In this document: in pieces, positions 10,501-18,447 of the stretch
How the letters are laid out: every line of letters starts with the position of its first letter
How positions within the stretch are numbered: position 1 is the stretch's first letter
Source: Nitrospirota bacterium
Lineage (GTDB): Bacteria; Nitrospirota; UBA9217
Assembly (NCBI GenBank): GCA_963749655.1
Contig: CAVVOB010000028.1
Coordinates: 32,001 to 96,000 of the forward strand
Length of the DNA: 64,000 nucleotides
Direction of reading: 5' to 3'
Translations under genes and position numbers: made by a program
Notes under the pieces: model-generated
Told to the model about the DNA's origin: nothing
What the model saw: the letters and a program-made list of their open reading frames with translations, nothing else
The model's database searches: none

Positions 10501-10644
10501 CTCGACCACCCGGAGCAATTCGTCCCAGACGATGTAACCGAGCTGCAGATGCTCGGAACAAAAGGCAGGCTGGTCCGTGGTCGGCCCTTGTTCTCCGATA
10601 CGGCCGGCGTTCTGTCCGGTATGTATGGTATTATCCAGGGTCAT
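7522..10644 (-). CDS. Cytoplasmic multi-PAS hybrid sensor histidine kinase (about 5 PAS, HisKA, HATPase, REC)
   Basis: Repeated PAS/PAC ends (RDVTE, DITE); LAGGIAHDFNNIL; IEQVLMNLATNARDAM; DSGTGM; FFTTKEAGRGTGLGL; C-terminal REC LLILDVIMP. Confidence 0.95.
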   Translation of the reverse strand: MTLDNTIHTGQNAGRIGEQGPTTDQPAFCSEHLQLGYIVWDELLRVVEWDGTAEKIFGWSAGEARGKRAGELITTPDGQASADLVRAKLLEGSASACLTQDNVDRQGRRLVCEWYNTALKDPSGGVYGVLSLVRDVTENASREREHSESRKFLQTIIETEPECVKLLNADGTLLLMNRAGLDMIEADSLDQVKDHSVYPLVVPEYRQAFKKLTEDVFQGRAGNLTFEMAGLKGRRLWLNTHAVPLRNDRDEIIALVAITRDVTEWKAAKDSLLEQMRFAENVVANSAVPTFVVNPRHHVVLWNKACEELTGISAAELVGTDQQWRAFYAEKRPTLADIIINGDIDQAAGMYAAVSRPALIQNGLRAEGYRNLNGHDRYIIFDAAPVYNSSGELSVVIETVHDVTDQKQAEEVLKKERDFTAAVLDTVGAMVLVLDGTGKIVRFNRTCEEVSGYRFEEVAGKYVWDFLVPPEQVESVKKVFQNLSAGQFPNKFENYWIAKDGRRKLIAWSNTALLDGGGAVEYVIPTGIDITEQRRAESELLKEKSFSDSIIDSLPGTFYICDEEGRLIRWNNNEKEITGYSRDELSGMNVLKLFREDRDLVASKMKEVYESGRASVEARIVTKSGMSIPFLLTGFRMDRDGRQYLVGVGMDVSERIHLEEQLRQSQKMECLGTLAGGIAHDFNNILTAIIGYGNLLQMKMGETDPLRHNVEQILASANRAASLTQGLLAYSRKQILNPQPVNLNEIIRKVERLLVRLIGEDVELKVVLTDADTTIEADAGQIEQVLMNLATNARDAMPDGGPLFIETEVVEIDAASAQTHDFQQPGQYVLITVTDSGTGMDDRTRERVFEPFFTTKEAGRGTGLGLAMVYGIVTQHNGSIHIDSQVGQGTSFRIYLPVASSAPDALHPVELPPIEGGAETILVAEDDESVRNLTCNMLEQFGYTVIQAEDGEDAVRKFMANRDAVQLLILDVIMPRKNGREAYEKIRIFRPDIKALFFSGYTADIIHQKGLLDSGVHFILKPVPMNELLRKVRTLLDNPA

Positions 10645-11034
10645 CGATCATAGTGAGCTTCGCACTGATGGAAGCTCCCTGCAGCAGGCCGTATTACGAA
10701 AACGGTCCGAAATACTGATGTTTTTTCAGGGAAATCGCCCCATTGGAACACTTCTAGTATAGCAGAACAACGCTTTTTACGCCCGGCGGGAACACCTCGA
10801 TCCGGGAGGAGCCGGGGATGCCAAGACGCGGGATTACGCACCTCACCATTCCGTTCCTGCCTGAACGCCCTTGGTTACGAAGCGTGTCAGGCAAACGATC
10901 AGATGATTCGCGGCAGCGGACAGTAATAACTTGATGTGCGGCAGTGCGGGATAAATCGGAGGCAGGTGAGCAACAGGTATCGTCAAAAGGATTTCACGCA
11001 CCCGGCGCGTTCCGCCGGGTGCTGTAGGTTTTCA

Positions 11035-12824
11035 TTACTCCGCCCGGACAAGGTCCTCGAAGCGGATGTCCACGCCGAATACGCCGACGATCTCGCTCTC
11101 TTCGCTGCTGATCGGCGCGGATACGGTAATGCAGAGAGCACCGGTGATCTTGGACGTATAGAAATCCGACACGAAACTCTTGCCGTCCTTCATGGGGCTG
11201 ATGAACCACGAACGGTCTGAAAAGTCGTCGCCCAGGCCCGCGGTCTCGTACTTCGCCTTGTCCGCAACGTCCGTGATGTTGCGGGTGATCTTCTTCCCCT
11301 GGGCGTTCACGACATAGGCGAACTGGATGTACGGGTCTTCTTTCTGCAGCTTCTCCATCACCGGCTCCATCTTCGCCGGGTCCATGGACCTGACCTCTTG
11401 GCGCTCCACGAACTGTTCGACGATATGGCGCGCGACCTCGGAAGCCTTCTTCTTCAGCCGATCCAGGTCCGAAACAAAGTATTCGGGAAGATACTTCTTT
11501 GCCTTGTCGATCAGCTCATCCGGGGAAATGCTCGTCGTCCTGCCTTGTTCGTACTGCTCCATGACCCACTTGTTGATCTTGGCCAGGCCGGGATGGCGCT
11601 TGTCGATGCGCTTGCGCTCATCGAGACCGAGATGGCTGTTCACCCAGTGCGCGATGCCGGCGACGCCGGACTTGTCGGTGACGATCACGCCCATGGGCCG
11701 CTTCAGGATCTTCGTCGTGTCGAAGATGTTGTAGATCTCCTCGTTCTTCATCATGCCGTCGGCGTGGATGCCGGCGCTGGTCGAGTTGAATTCCGACCCG
11801 ACAAAGGGATAGTTGGGCGGGATGTTGAAGCTCATCTCCTTGCGGAAGTACTCGGCCATCTCGGTGATCGCCGTGGTGTCGATGCCCGCGTCGTTGCCCG
11901 TGAGGCTGATGTAGTCGATCAGCATGGCCTCGACCGGCGTGTTGCCCGTGCGCTCGCCGAAGCCGAGGAGCGCGCCGTTCACCGCGGAGCAGCCGTACAT
12001 CCAGGCCGCCGCGCCGTTGATGAGCCCCTTATGGAAGTCGTTGTGGCCGTGCCATTCGAGCTGCTCCGACGGCACGCCGCCGTCGTGGATGAGCGCGTAG
12101 AAGATCTCCGGCACGCCGCGCGGCAGGGCCGTGCCCGGGAACGGGAAGCCGTAGCCCATGGTGTCGCAGGCGCGGATCTTGATCGGGATCTTCGCCTCCT
12201 GCGAGAGCTTCATCAGCTCCTGCACGAAGGGAATGACGAAGCCGTAGAAGTCCGCGCGCGTGATGTCTTCGAGGTGGCAGCGCGGCGCAATGCCCTGCTC
12301 CAGCGCGGTCGACACGATGTCGAGATAGTGCTTGAGCGCGTCCTTGCGCGACATGTTCAGCTTCAGGAAGATGTGGTAGTCGGAGCAGGAGGTGAGGATG
12401 CCCGTTTCCTTGAGGCCCATCTCCTTGACGAGCTTGAAGTCGTTCTTGTTCGCCCGTGATCCAGCCGGTGATCTCGGGAAAGCGGTAGCCCCGCTCCATG
12501 CAGAGCCGCACCGCCTCGCGGTCCTTCTCCGAATAGAGGAAGAACTCGGTCTGGCGGATCACGCCGTTCGGGCCGCTCATGCGGTGCAGGAAATCGAAGA
12601 TGTCGACGATCTGTTTCGGCGTATAGGGCGGCCGCGACTGCTGGCCGTCGCGGAACGTCGTGTCCGTGATCCAGATGTCCTTGGGGATGCTGGTCTGGAT
12701 CATCCGGTCTTCGAACACCACCCGGGGCACGCTCGAATAGGGGAACATGTCGCGGTAGAGCACCGGTTCTTTTACATCCTTGAGCTCTACGGGTATTTGT
12801 GATGGTCTGTTTTTTGATGGTCAA
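11035..12824 (-). CDS. DRE-TIM (HMGL-like) acyltransferase, Re-citrate synthase-like, with C-terminal Cache domain; frameshifts near 12790 and 12455
   Basis: [12 protein letters not shown]; [12 protein letters not shown]; [12 protein letters not shown]; EWHGHNDFH; [10 protein letters not shown]; C-terminal RSWF...[20 protein letters not shown]...GVFGVDI. TTG start at 12824 follows AGGAGG. Confidence 0.82.
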
Positions 12825-12914
12825 GGGAACCTCCTGATAGAACAATTGCGGATTCATGTCGATTCAGCGAGATTTCGTCTTTGATTCGCATTCCGAATTT
12901 CGCATTCTGAAATT

Positions 12915-13576
12915 TTACTGCTCTCCCTTGATCCCCTTGATCGCCGCCGCATAATCCTTGGTGCCGAAGACGGCGGACCCGGCCACCAGAATATCGGCCC
13001 CGGCCTCGATGATCGCCGCCGCATTCGACGGCTTGACGCCGCCGTCCACTTCGATCTCGATGTTCAGCCCCGCCGCATCGATCCGCTTGCCGGAGCCGGC
13101 GGATCTTGTCCATGGCCGACGGAATGAACGACTGGCCGCCGAACCCGGGGTTCACCGACATGATCACGACCATATCGAGGTCCGGAAGGATATGATCGAG
13201 GCCCGAGAGCGGCGTCGCGGGATTGAGCGCTACGGCTGCCTTCACCTTGTGCTCTTTGATCGACTGGACGAGCCGGTGCAGGTGGAACGCGGTCTCGACA
13301 TGCACGGCGAGATAATCGGCCCCGGCCTTCGCAAAATCGGCGATGTACAGCTCCGGGTTCGTGATCATGAGATGCACGTCGAGCGGCAGTTTCGTGGACC
13401 GGCGGGCCGCTTCGACGATCAGCGGACCGATGGTGATGTTCGGCACGAAGTGTCCGTCCATGACGTCGACATGGATGATATCGGCGCCTGCCGCTTCCAC
13501 GGCCCTGATTTCGTCTCCCAGGCGGGAGAAATCGGCGGAAAGAATCGATGGCGCTACTTTGATCTGTTTTCAACAT
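12915..13576 (-). CDS. rpe: Ribulose-phosphate 3-epimerase (frameshifts near both ends)
   Basis: [11 protein letters not shown] after a shift; [16 protein letters not shown]; DVHLMI; [10 protein letters not shown]; IEVDGG and LVAGSAVFG after a second shift; TAA at 12915. Confidence 0.93.
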
Positions 13577-13648
13577 GATCGTTCCTCAGCAATTACCGAG
13601 ATGGTTGTGATGTTTCTGCGTCTGCCCGGGCACCAGCCGCAGGGGACG

Positions 13649-14365
13649 CTATTTGCTTACCACGATATCCACTGTTGCATCAGGAGAAACAGGGTATCCG
13701 GAGGCGGGTTTCTGGCTCATGACCGTCCGCTCTACGGCCGGTGGACGGTCCGTAACGGCCCGCGTGACGACCCGGTGCTGCAGTCCCATCCGGTCCACGG
13801 TGCGAAGGGCCTCGGCAACCGACAAGCCCGTCAATCGGGGCATGACAATGGACGCCGGCTTTTTGCCCGAGCTCACGAGGATCCTGACCGTGCCGTTCTT
13901 CTCCAGCGGACTTCCGGCCTGCGGCTGCTGGGCCATAACGATGTCACGCTCCACGGTGTCCGACGAGACGCGGGCGATCTCGCCGGGCGTAAACCCCATC
14001 TGGCGGATCATGAGATCGGCTTTTCTGAAATTCTCTCCGACCAGCGTCGGCGCCAGCAGTTCACTGGGTCCCTGGCTTACGACGACACGGACCCACCGCC
14101 CCTTTTTAATTGCGCTCGCCGCTGCCGGTGTTTGAGAAATCACCGTGTCCCGGGGCATCGTCGGGCTCGGCTCGCGCCGGTCTACCTTGAGCTTCAGCCC
14201 CTGCTGAGAAACCATCTCGATGACGCTCACGATGTCCTGGCCCGTCAGGTCCGGTACGCGAACCTCTTCCTGGCGAAGGAGCAGGGCAATGACCGCAAAG
14301 GCGCTTGCAACGCCGACGGCGATGAGAGCAATGAAAAGACCGAGACCTCTCAAAAACTTTTTCAT
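13649..14365 (-). CDS. Membrane-anchored triple PASTA-domain protein (no kinase domain)
   Basis: N-terminal TM; three repeats starting VPDLTG, APTLVG and MPRLTG, each with V..Q.P..G/A. Confidence 0.9.
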   Translation of the reverse strand: MKKFLRGLGLFIALIAVGVASAFAVIALLLRQEEVRVPDLTGQDIVSVIEMVSQQGLKLKVDRREPSPTMPRDTVISQTPAAASAIKKGRWVRVVVSQGPSELLAPTLVGENFRKADLMIRQMGFTPGEIARVSSDTVERDIVMAQQPQAGSPLEKNGTVRILVSSGKKPASIVMPRLTGLSVAEALRTVDRMGLQHRVVTRAVTDRPPAVERTVMSQKPASGYPVSPDATVDIVVSK

Positions 14366-14467
14366 GATTGGAAATCGTATTCTACCACAGATGTCATAAG
14401 ATGCAAGTGCAATGAAGCGATTCGCAGCGTACGGATGCCTCCGGAGGCCGTCAGTGCCGGCCCTGTA

Positions 14468-15790
14468 TCAGACTTTTTTCACCAGCCTCGCGGCAAAAAA
14501 TCCATCCAGGTCGAATTCGCGGGCGAAGGTCCGGAAAAATCCTCCTTCATCCACCAGCCCTGCCGCCGCGGCGGGCAGAAACGGCCGGGGATCGTCGACG
14601 GCAAATCCGCTTCCCCGGTCGGCCAGGAACCCACGGATCACGTCTTCGTTCTCCTCCGGTTCTGTCGTGCAGGTCGCATAGAGCAGCGTGCCGCCGGGCT
14701 TCAAGAGTTTTGCGCAATGGGCAAGGATCCGGCTCTGCAGTCTCTGCCGCTCGGCAATGCCTTTTTCGGTCTTGCTCCACCTGCCGTCCGGGTGGCGGCG
14801 CAGGACGCCGAGACCCGAGCAGGGAACATCGATGAGTATCCGGTCGAAGCCGCCTTCCTGATAGGAAGACGCGTCCCCCTTTACCGGACGGATGATCGTA
14901 ATTCCCAGCCGGTCGCTGTTTTCCCGGATCCGGCCGATCCGCTTTCCGTCGAACTCGAGCGCCGTGATCGCGCCCTCATTTTTCATCAGTTCCCCGAGGT
15001 GGGTCGCCTTTCCGCCGGGAGCTGCGCAGGCATCGAGCACCGTTTCGCCCGGCTTCGGATCGAGCATCATTCCCGCCAGCTGCGCAGCCTCGTCCTGCAC
15101 GATGAACAGGCCCTGATGAAAGGCGGCAAGCGACAGGAGCCCCGGCGAGGACCGGATCACGAGCCCCTGCTGTGAATACTTCGCCTCGTCCACTGCTGCG
15201 CCGTCGGCTTCGAGTGAGGCCCGAAGCTCCTCCCTGGTCGTCCTGAGGGTATTGGTCCTGATCACCAGCGGCGCGGGCCGGTTGTTCTCGCGCAGGACCG
15301 CTTCGGTCGCATCAGCCCCGAGCCGGGAAAGCCAGCGCCTGACCAGCCACACCGGATGAGAGTAGAACACCGAAAGACGCCGCACCGGATCGTCGGGCAG
15401 CGAGAGGGAGCCCCGGTTGCGATCAAGAGTCCGGAGGAGTCCGTTCACGTAGCCCGGGCTCTTTGCGTCGCGTTTTGCAAGCTCGACGGCCGTGTTCACG
15501 GCGGCGCTCGACGGCACGCGGTCGAGAAACAGCAGCTGATACGCGCCGACCCTGAGGATGTTGCGGGTCCGGGCGTCGGCATGATCGATCGTCCTCTTCG
15601 AGAACTGATCGAGCGCCCGGTCAAGGCGTTCGCGGTTGCGGAGGACGCCGTAAACCAGCTCCGTGACGAACGCGCTGTCCCGCGGATCGAAGAGACGGCG
15701 GGTCTCCTCCAGGAGAGCATCGACAAACACGCCCTGCTCCGCGGCGTGCAGGATCGCGACGGCGCGCTCACGGGGCTTATCGACGGGCAT
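14468..15790 (-). CDS. rsmB: 16S rRNA m5C967 methyltransferase RsmB/Sun
   Basis: NusB-like N-terminus (ELVYGVLR, AAVNTAVEL); YSHPVW; VQDEAAQ; LDACAAPGGK; DVPCSGLG; YATCT..EENE. Confidence 0.95.
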   Translation of the reverse strand: MPVDKPRERAVAILHAAEQGVFVDALLEETRRLFDPRDSAFVTELVYGVLRNRERLDRALDQFSKRTIDHADARTRNILRVGAYQLLFLDRVPSSAAVNTAVELAKRDAKSPGYVNGLLRTLDRNRGSLSLPDDPVRRLSVFYSHPVWLVRRWLSRLGADATEAVLRENNRPAPLVIRTNTLRTTREELRASLEADGAAVDEAKYSQQGLVIRSSPGLLSLAAFHQGLFIVQDEAAQLAGMMLDPKPGETVLDACAAPGGKATHLGELMKNEGAITALEFDGKRIGRIRENSDRLGITIIRPVKGDASSYQEGGFDRILIDVPCSGLGVLRRHPDGRWSKTEKGIAERQRLQSRILAHCAKLLKPGGTLLYATCTTEPEENEDVIRGFLADRGSGFAVDDPRPFLPAAAAGLVDEGGFFRTFAREFDLDGFFAARLVKKV

Positions 15791-16556
15791 TCCCGGCATC
15801 GCAGCGGCCGCTCGACAGAAATTCGAGCGCCTCGGCGACCTTGCTGATATCGACACTCGTGTTGAAGCACGGCCCGAAGGGCCGCTCGTTCAGGATGCCG
15901 ATCACGGGAAGGGGATAGGCGTCCTGGATGCCGCTGGTCAGGTCGCGCTCGCAGGCCACGGCGATGATGGCATGGGGCCTGGCTTCGGCCACGCGCCTGC
16001 GTGCAAGGGTGCCGCCGGTGGCCACGGAGAGGTGAACGTCGTGCTTCTTTGCCAGCATCACCAGGTCCTTGATCTTGCATTTGCCGCAGGCCTGGCATTT
16101 ATAGGCATCGGTCGTGATTTTAATGGCGCAGTCGTTGAACTGGAGGCAGTGCGGCATGAGCAGCAGGATGCGTTTCGGCTTGATGTCGCTGCACTTTGCC
16201 TTGACCAGAAGGTTGTTCACTTCGACAAAGGACTGCTGGATCTTTTCCTTCGAAATACCGAGGAGCTTGCCCACGACGATCATGATCGGGAACAGCACCT
16301 CGATCACGATGCCCCTGAGCTTTGCGGCAAAGAAAACCTCCTTGCCTCTGATGAGGGTAAGGATCAGGAGCGCGACGCCCAGGATCAGCACGCCGATCAC
16401 CGTGCCCATGGTGACGCAGACGACTTCCGGCGCCATCGGGTGGATGTTCCGGAGCCCGATGTAGGGAATAAGATACAGCCCCACGGTGATCGCGGTGATC
16501 AGGAAGACCGTGAACACGATGAGGCCGATAAAAATTCTTTTTTTGGGTTCGGACAT
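15777..16556 (-). CDS. DUF116 family membrane protein
   Basis: LLLMPHCLQ...C...CQACGKC; VATGGTLAR; IAVACERDL; PCFNT. Confidence 0.9.
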   Translation of the reverse strand: MSEPKKRIFIGLIVFTVFLITAITVGLYLIPYIGLRNIHPMAPEVVCVTMGTVIGVLILGVALLILTLIRGKEVFFAAKLRGIVIEVLFPIMIVVGKLLGISKEKIQQSFVEVNNLLVKAKCSDIKPKRILLLMPHCLQFNDCAIKITTDAYKCQACGKCKIKDLVMLAKKHDVHLSVATGGTLARRRVAEARPHAIIAVACERDLTSGIQDAYPLPVIGILNERPFGPCFNTSVDISKVAEALEFLSSGRCDAGNARR

Positions 16557-16566
16557 GGTTTATAAA

Positions 16567-16729
16567 GCAGTTGTTAGTTTTGAGTTCTTAGTTTTTAGTT
16601 CAATTCAACTCAAAACTAAAAACCAAGAACTTCAAAACTTCCGTATCTTTTATCTGCCGTTCGCTTTCTTTCCGTCACTCAACTCAAAACTAAAAACTAA
16701 GAACTCAAAACTTCCGTATCTTTTATCTG
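16567..16729. repeat. Heptamer element with a duplicated arm plus the fmt stop-codon context
   Basis: 16605-16656 and 16679-16729 share TCAACTCAAAACTAAAAAC.AAGAACT(T)CAAAACTTCCGTATCTTTTATCTG; the inverted arm is at 16567-16600. Confidence 0.88.
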
Positions 16730-17649
16730 GTGAATGTCTTCCCCTCAATTCCCCGATGTCCCCGCAGGAACTCAGCGGCGGTCATGGGCTTCTTGCCCTC
16801 GGGTTGAATCATGAGGATGTCGAGCAGTCCGCTTCCTGTGCCTGCGGTCAGCGTGCTGTTATCCGGGCTCTGCAGCTCCCCCTGCCCGGAAGTTCCGGGC
16901 CGGTACGCGGAGGCGAGGATCTTGATCAGCCGGCCCTCAAGAAACGTATAGGCGCCCGGCCAGGGACTCATTCCCCGCACGCGGTTATGGATCTCCGCGG
17001 CCGGCAGGCTCCAGTCGATGAGCCCGTCGGCCTTTTTAAGGATCGGCGCCAGGGTCGCCTTCGAGACGTCCTGCTGCTCGGGCTTGAGCCCGCCCGCCGC
17101 TATGAGCGGGAGCGCCCTGACGATGAGCGCCGAGCCCAGGACCGAGAGCTTCTCCGTCAGCGATCCGGCCGTATCCCGGGCATCGATGGGAATGCGCTCC
17201 TGCAGCAGAATGGCGCCGGTATCCATGCTTTCGTCCATCTGCATGATGGTGATGCCCGTTTCCGCTTCGCCGCGGATGATCGCCCAGTTGATGGGCGCAG
17301 CCCCGCGGTAGGCAGGGAGGAGCGACGCGTGGATGTTGATGCACCCGAATTTCGGAAGGCCCAGGATCTCCTGCGGCAGGATCTGTCCATACGCGGCGAC
17401 GACGATGGCCTCGGGGGTCAGTTCACGGAGCGTCGCGATGAATTCGGCGTCTCTCACGCGGCGGGGCTGGAATAGAGGGACCCCCAGCTCCTGCGCCGCA
17501 AGCTTGACCGGCGGCGCAGCGAGCTCCCTGCCCCTGCCTGCGGGCTTGTCGATCCGCGAGACGACACCGGCGATGTCATGCCCTGCACGAGCGAGGGCGC
17601 GGAGCGTCGGAACGGAAAACCGGGGCGTGCCCATGAACACGAGTCTCAT
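16723..17649 (-). CDS. fmt: Methionyl-tRNA formyltransferase
   Basis: VFMGTP; VVAAYGQIL; NIHASLLPAYRGAAPI; SPWPGAY. Confidence 0.97.
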   Translation of the reverse strand: MRLVFMGTPRFSVPTLRALARAGHDIAGVVSRIDKPAGRGRELAAPPVKLAAQELGVPLFQPRRVRDAEFIATLRELTPEAIVVAAYGQILPQEILGLPKFGCINIHASLLPAYRGAAPINWAIIRGEAETGITIMQMDESMDTGAILLQERIPIDARDTAGSLTEKLSVLGSALIVRALPLIAAGGLKPEQQDVSKATLAPILKKADGLIDWSLPAAEIHNRVRGMSPWPGAYTFLEGRLIKILASAYRPGTSGQGELQSPDNSTLTAGTGSGLLDILMIQPEGKKPMTAAEFLRGHRGIEGKTFTR

Positions 17650-17796
17650 AGTTGATTGCCGGACCTCACAAAACGAATTCCCAATGCACTCCCCGGGCCG
17701 GTCAACCGGAACCTCGACTCCATGAGACGCTTGGATTGTGGTCAGGGGAAATGATCTGGAGTGTTGCGCCGGTTGCCCGACTCTGCCTCTTGTGAA

Positions 17797-18315
17797 CTAC
17801 ACGTTCTCTGCCGCCGCTTTCTTCCATCTTCTTTTGAAGATGCTCTTCTTGAGCGGACTCAAATGGTCGATAAAGAGCAGGCCGTTCAGATGATCGATTT
17901 CATGCTGGAGGGCTTTTGCGAGAAGTCCCTCCGCCCGGAGCTCGAAAGGCTTGCCGGCCCGGTCCTGGGCGCGCACGGTAACCGTTGACGCCCGCTTTAC
18001 GTTTTCTGCATAGTCGGGGATGCTGAGACACCCTTCTTCCTCGACGACCGATCCCTCCGTGGACAGGATCCTGGGATTGATGATGACGAGAAGGGGATGA
18101 CGCTGCCCGCTGTCCTCGCGGCTGCTCAGATCGATCACCGCCAGCTGCAGGGAAACGCCCACCTGATTGGCTGCCAGGCCGACGCCCGGCGCAGCGTGCA
18201 TGGTTTCGATCATGTCCTCGATCAAACGCTCCAGAGAGCTGTCGATCTTCTCCACAGGCGCTGTTTTAGTGCGTAAAACGGGGTCCGGGTATATTCGAAT
18301 AGGTCGTATTGCCAT
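17797..18315 (-). CDS. def: Peptide deformylase
   Basis: GVGLAANQVG; EGCLS; QHEIDHLNG. Confidence 0.98.
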   Translation of the reverse strand: MAIRPIRIYPDPVLRTKTAPVEKIDSSLERLIEDMIETMHAAPGVGLAANQVGVSLQLAVIDLSSREDSGQRHPLLVIINPRILSTEGSVVEEEGCLSIPDYAENVKRASTVTVRAQDRAGKPFELRAEGLLAKALQHEIDHLNGLLFIDHLSPLKKSIFKRRWKKAAAENV

Positions 18316-18411
18316 GATTTGTCATATTTAACATGATTCTCATTCAAAATCAAGGCGAATATGGATTTATCCGTGATTTCGGCCGTCCGCCCCGGCGGAA
18401 GGATGATAGTG

Positions 18412-18441
18412 TTGACACTTTCACGAGCTTTATGGTATTTT
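18412..18441 (+). promoter_or_regulatory. Sigma70-like promoter, probably leaderless, for the TPR gene
   Basis: TTGACA-N18-TATTTT with TGG just before the -10; ATG 6 nt after the -10; no SD sequence. Confidence 0.5.
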
Positions 18442-18447
18442 TAGCCT

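Noticed and set aside
7594-10653. 1019-aa plus-strand ORF, and similar long antisense ORFs (13343-15175, 27956-29797, 60933-63017)
   Set aside because: Shadow frames opposite well-supported GC-rich genes; no recognisable motifs.
10857-10893. Hairpin TGCCTGA..TCAGGCA as a riboswitch or terminator
   Set aside because: No U-tract and no recognisable riboswitch consensus; it lies upstream of the kinase's likely -10 (TATACT).
1700-13576. Programmed frameshifting in divIVA, the radical SAM gene, the Re-CS-like gene and rpe
   Set aside because: No shared slippery motif, several shifts per gene and housekeeping targets; sequence error is the simpler explanation.
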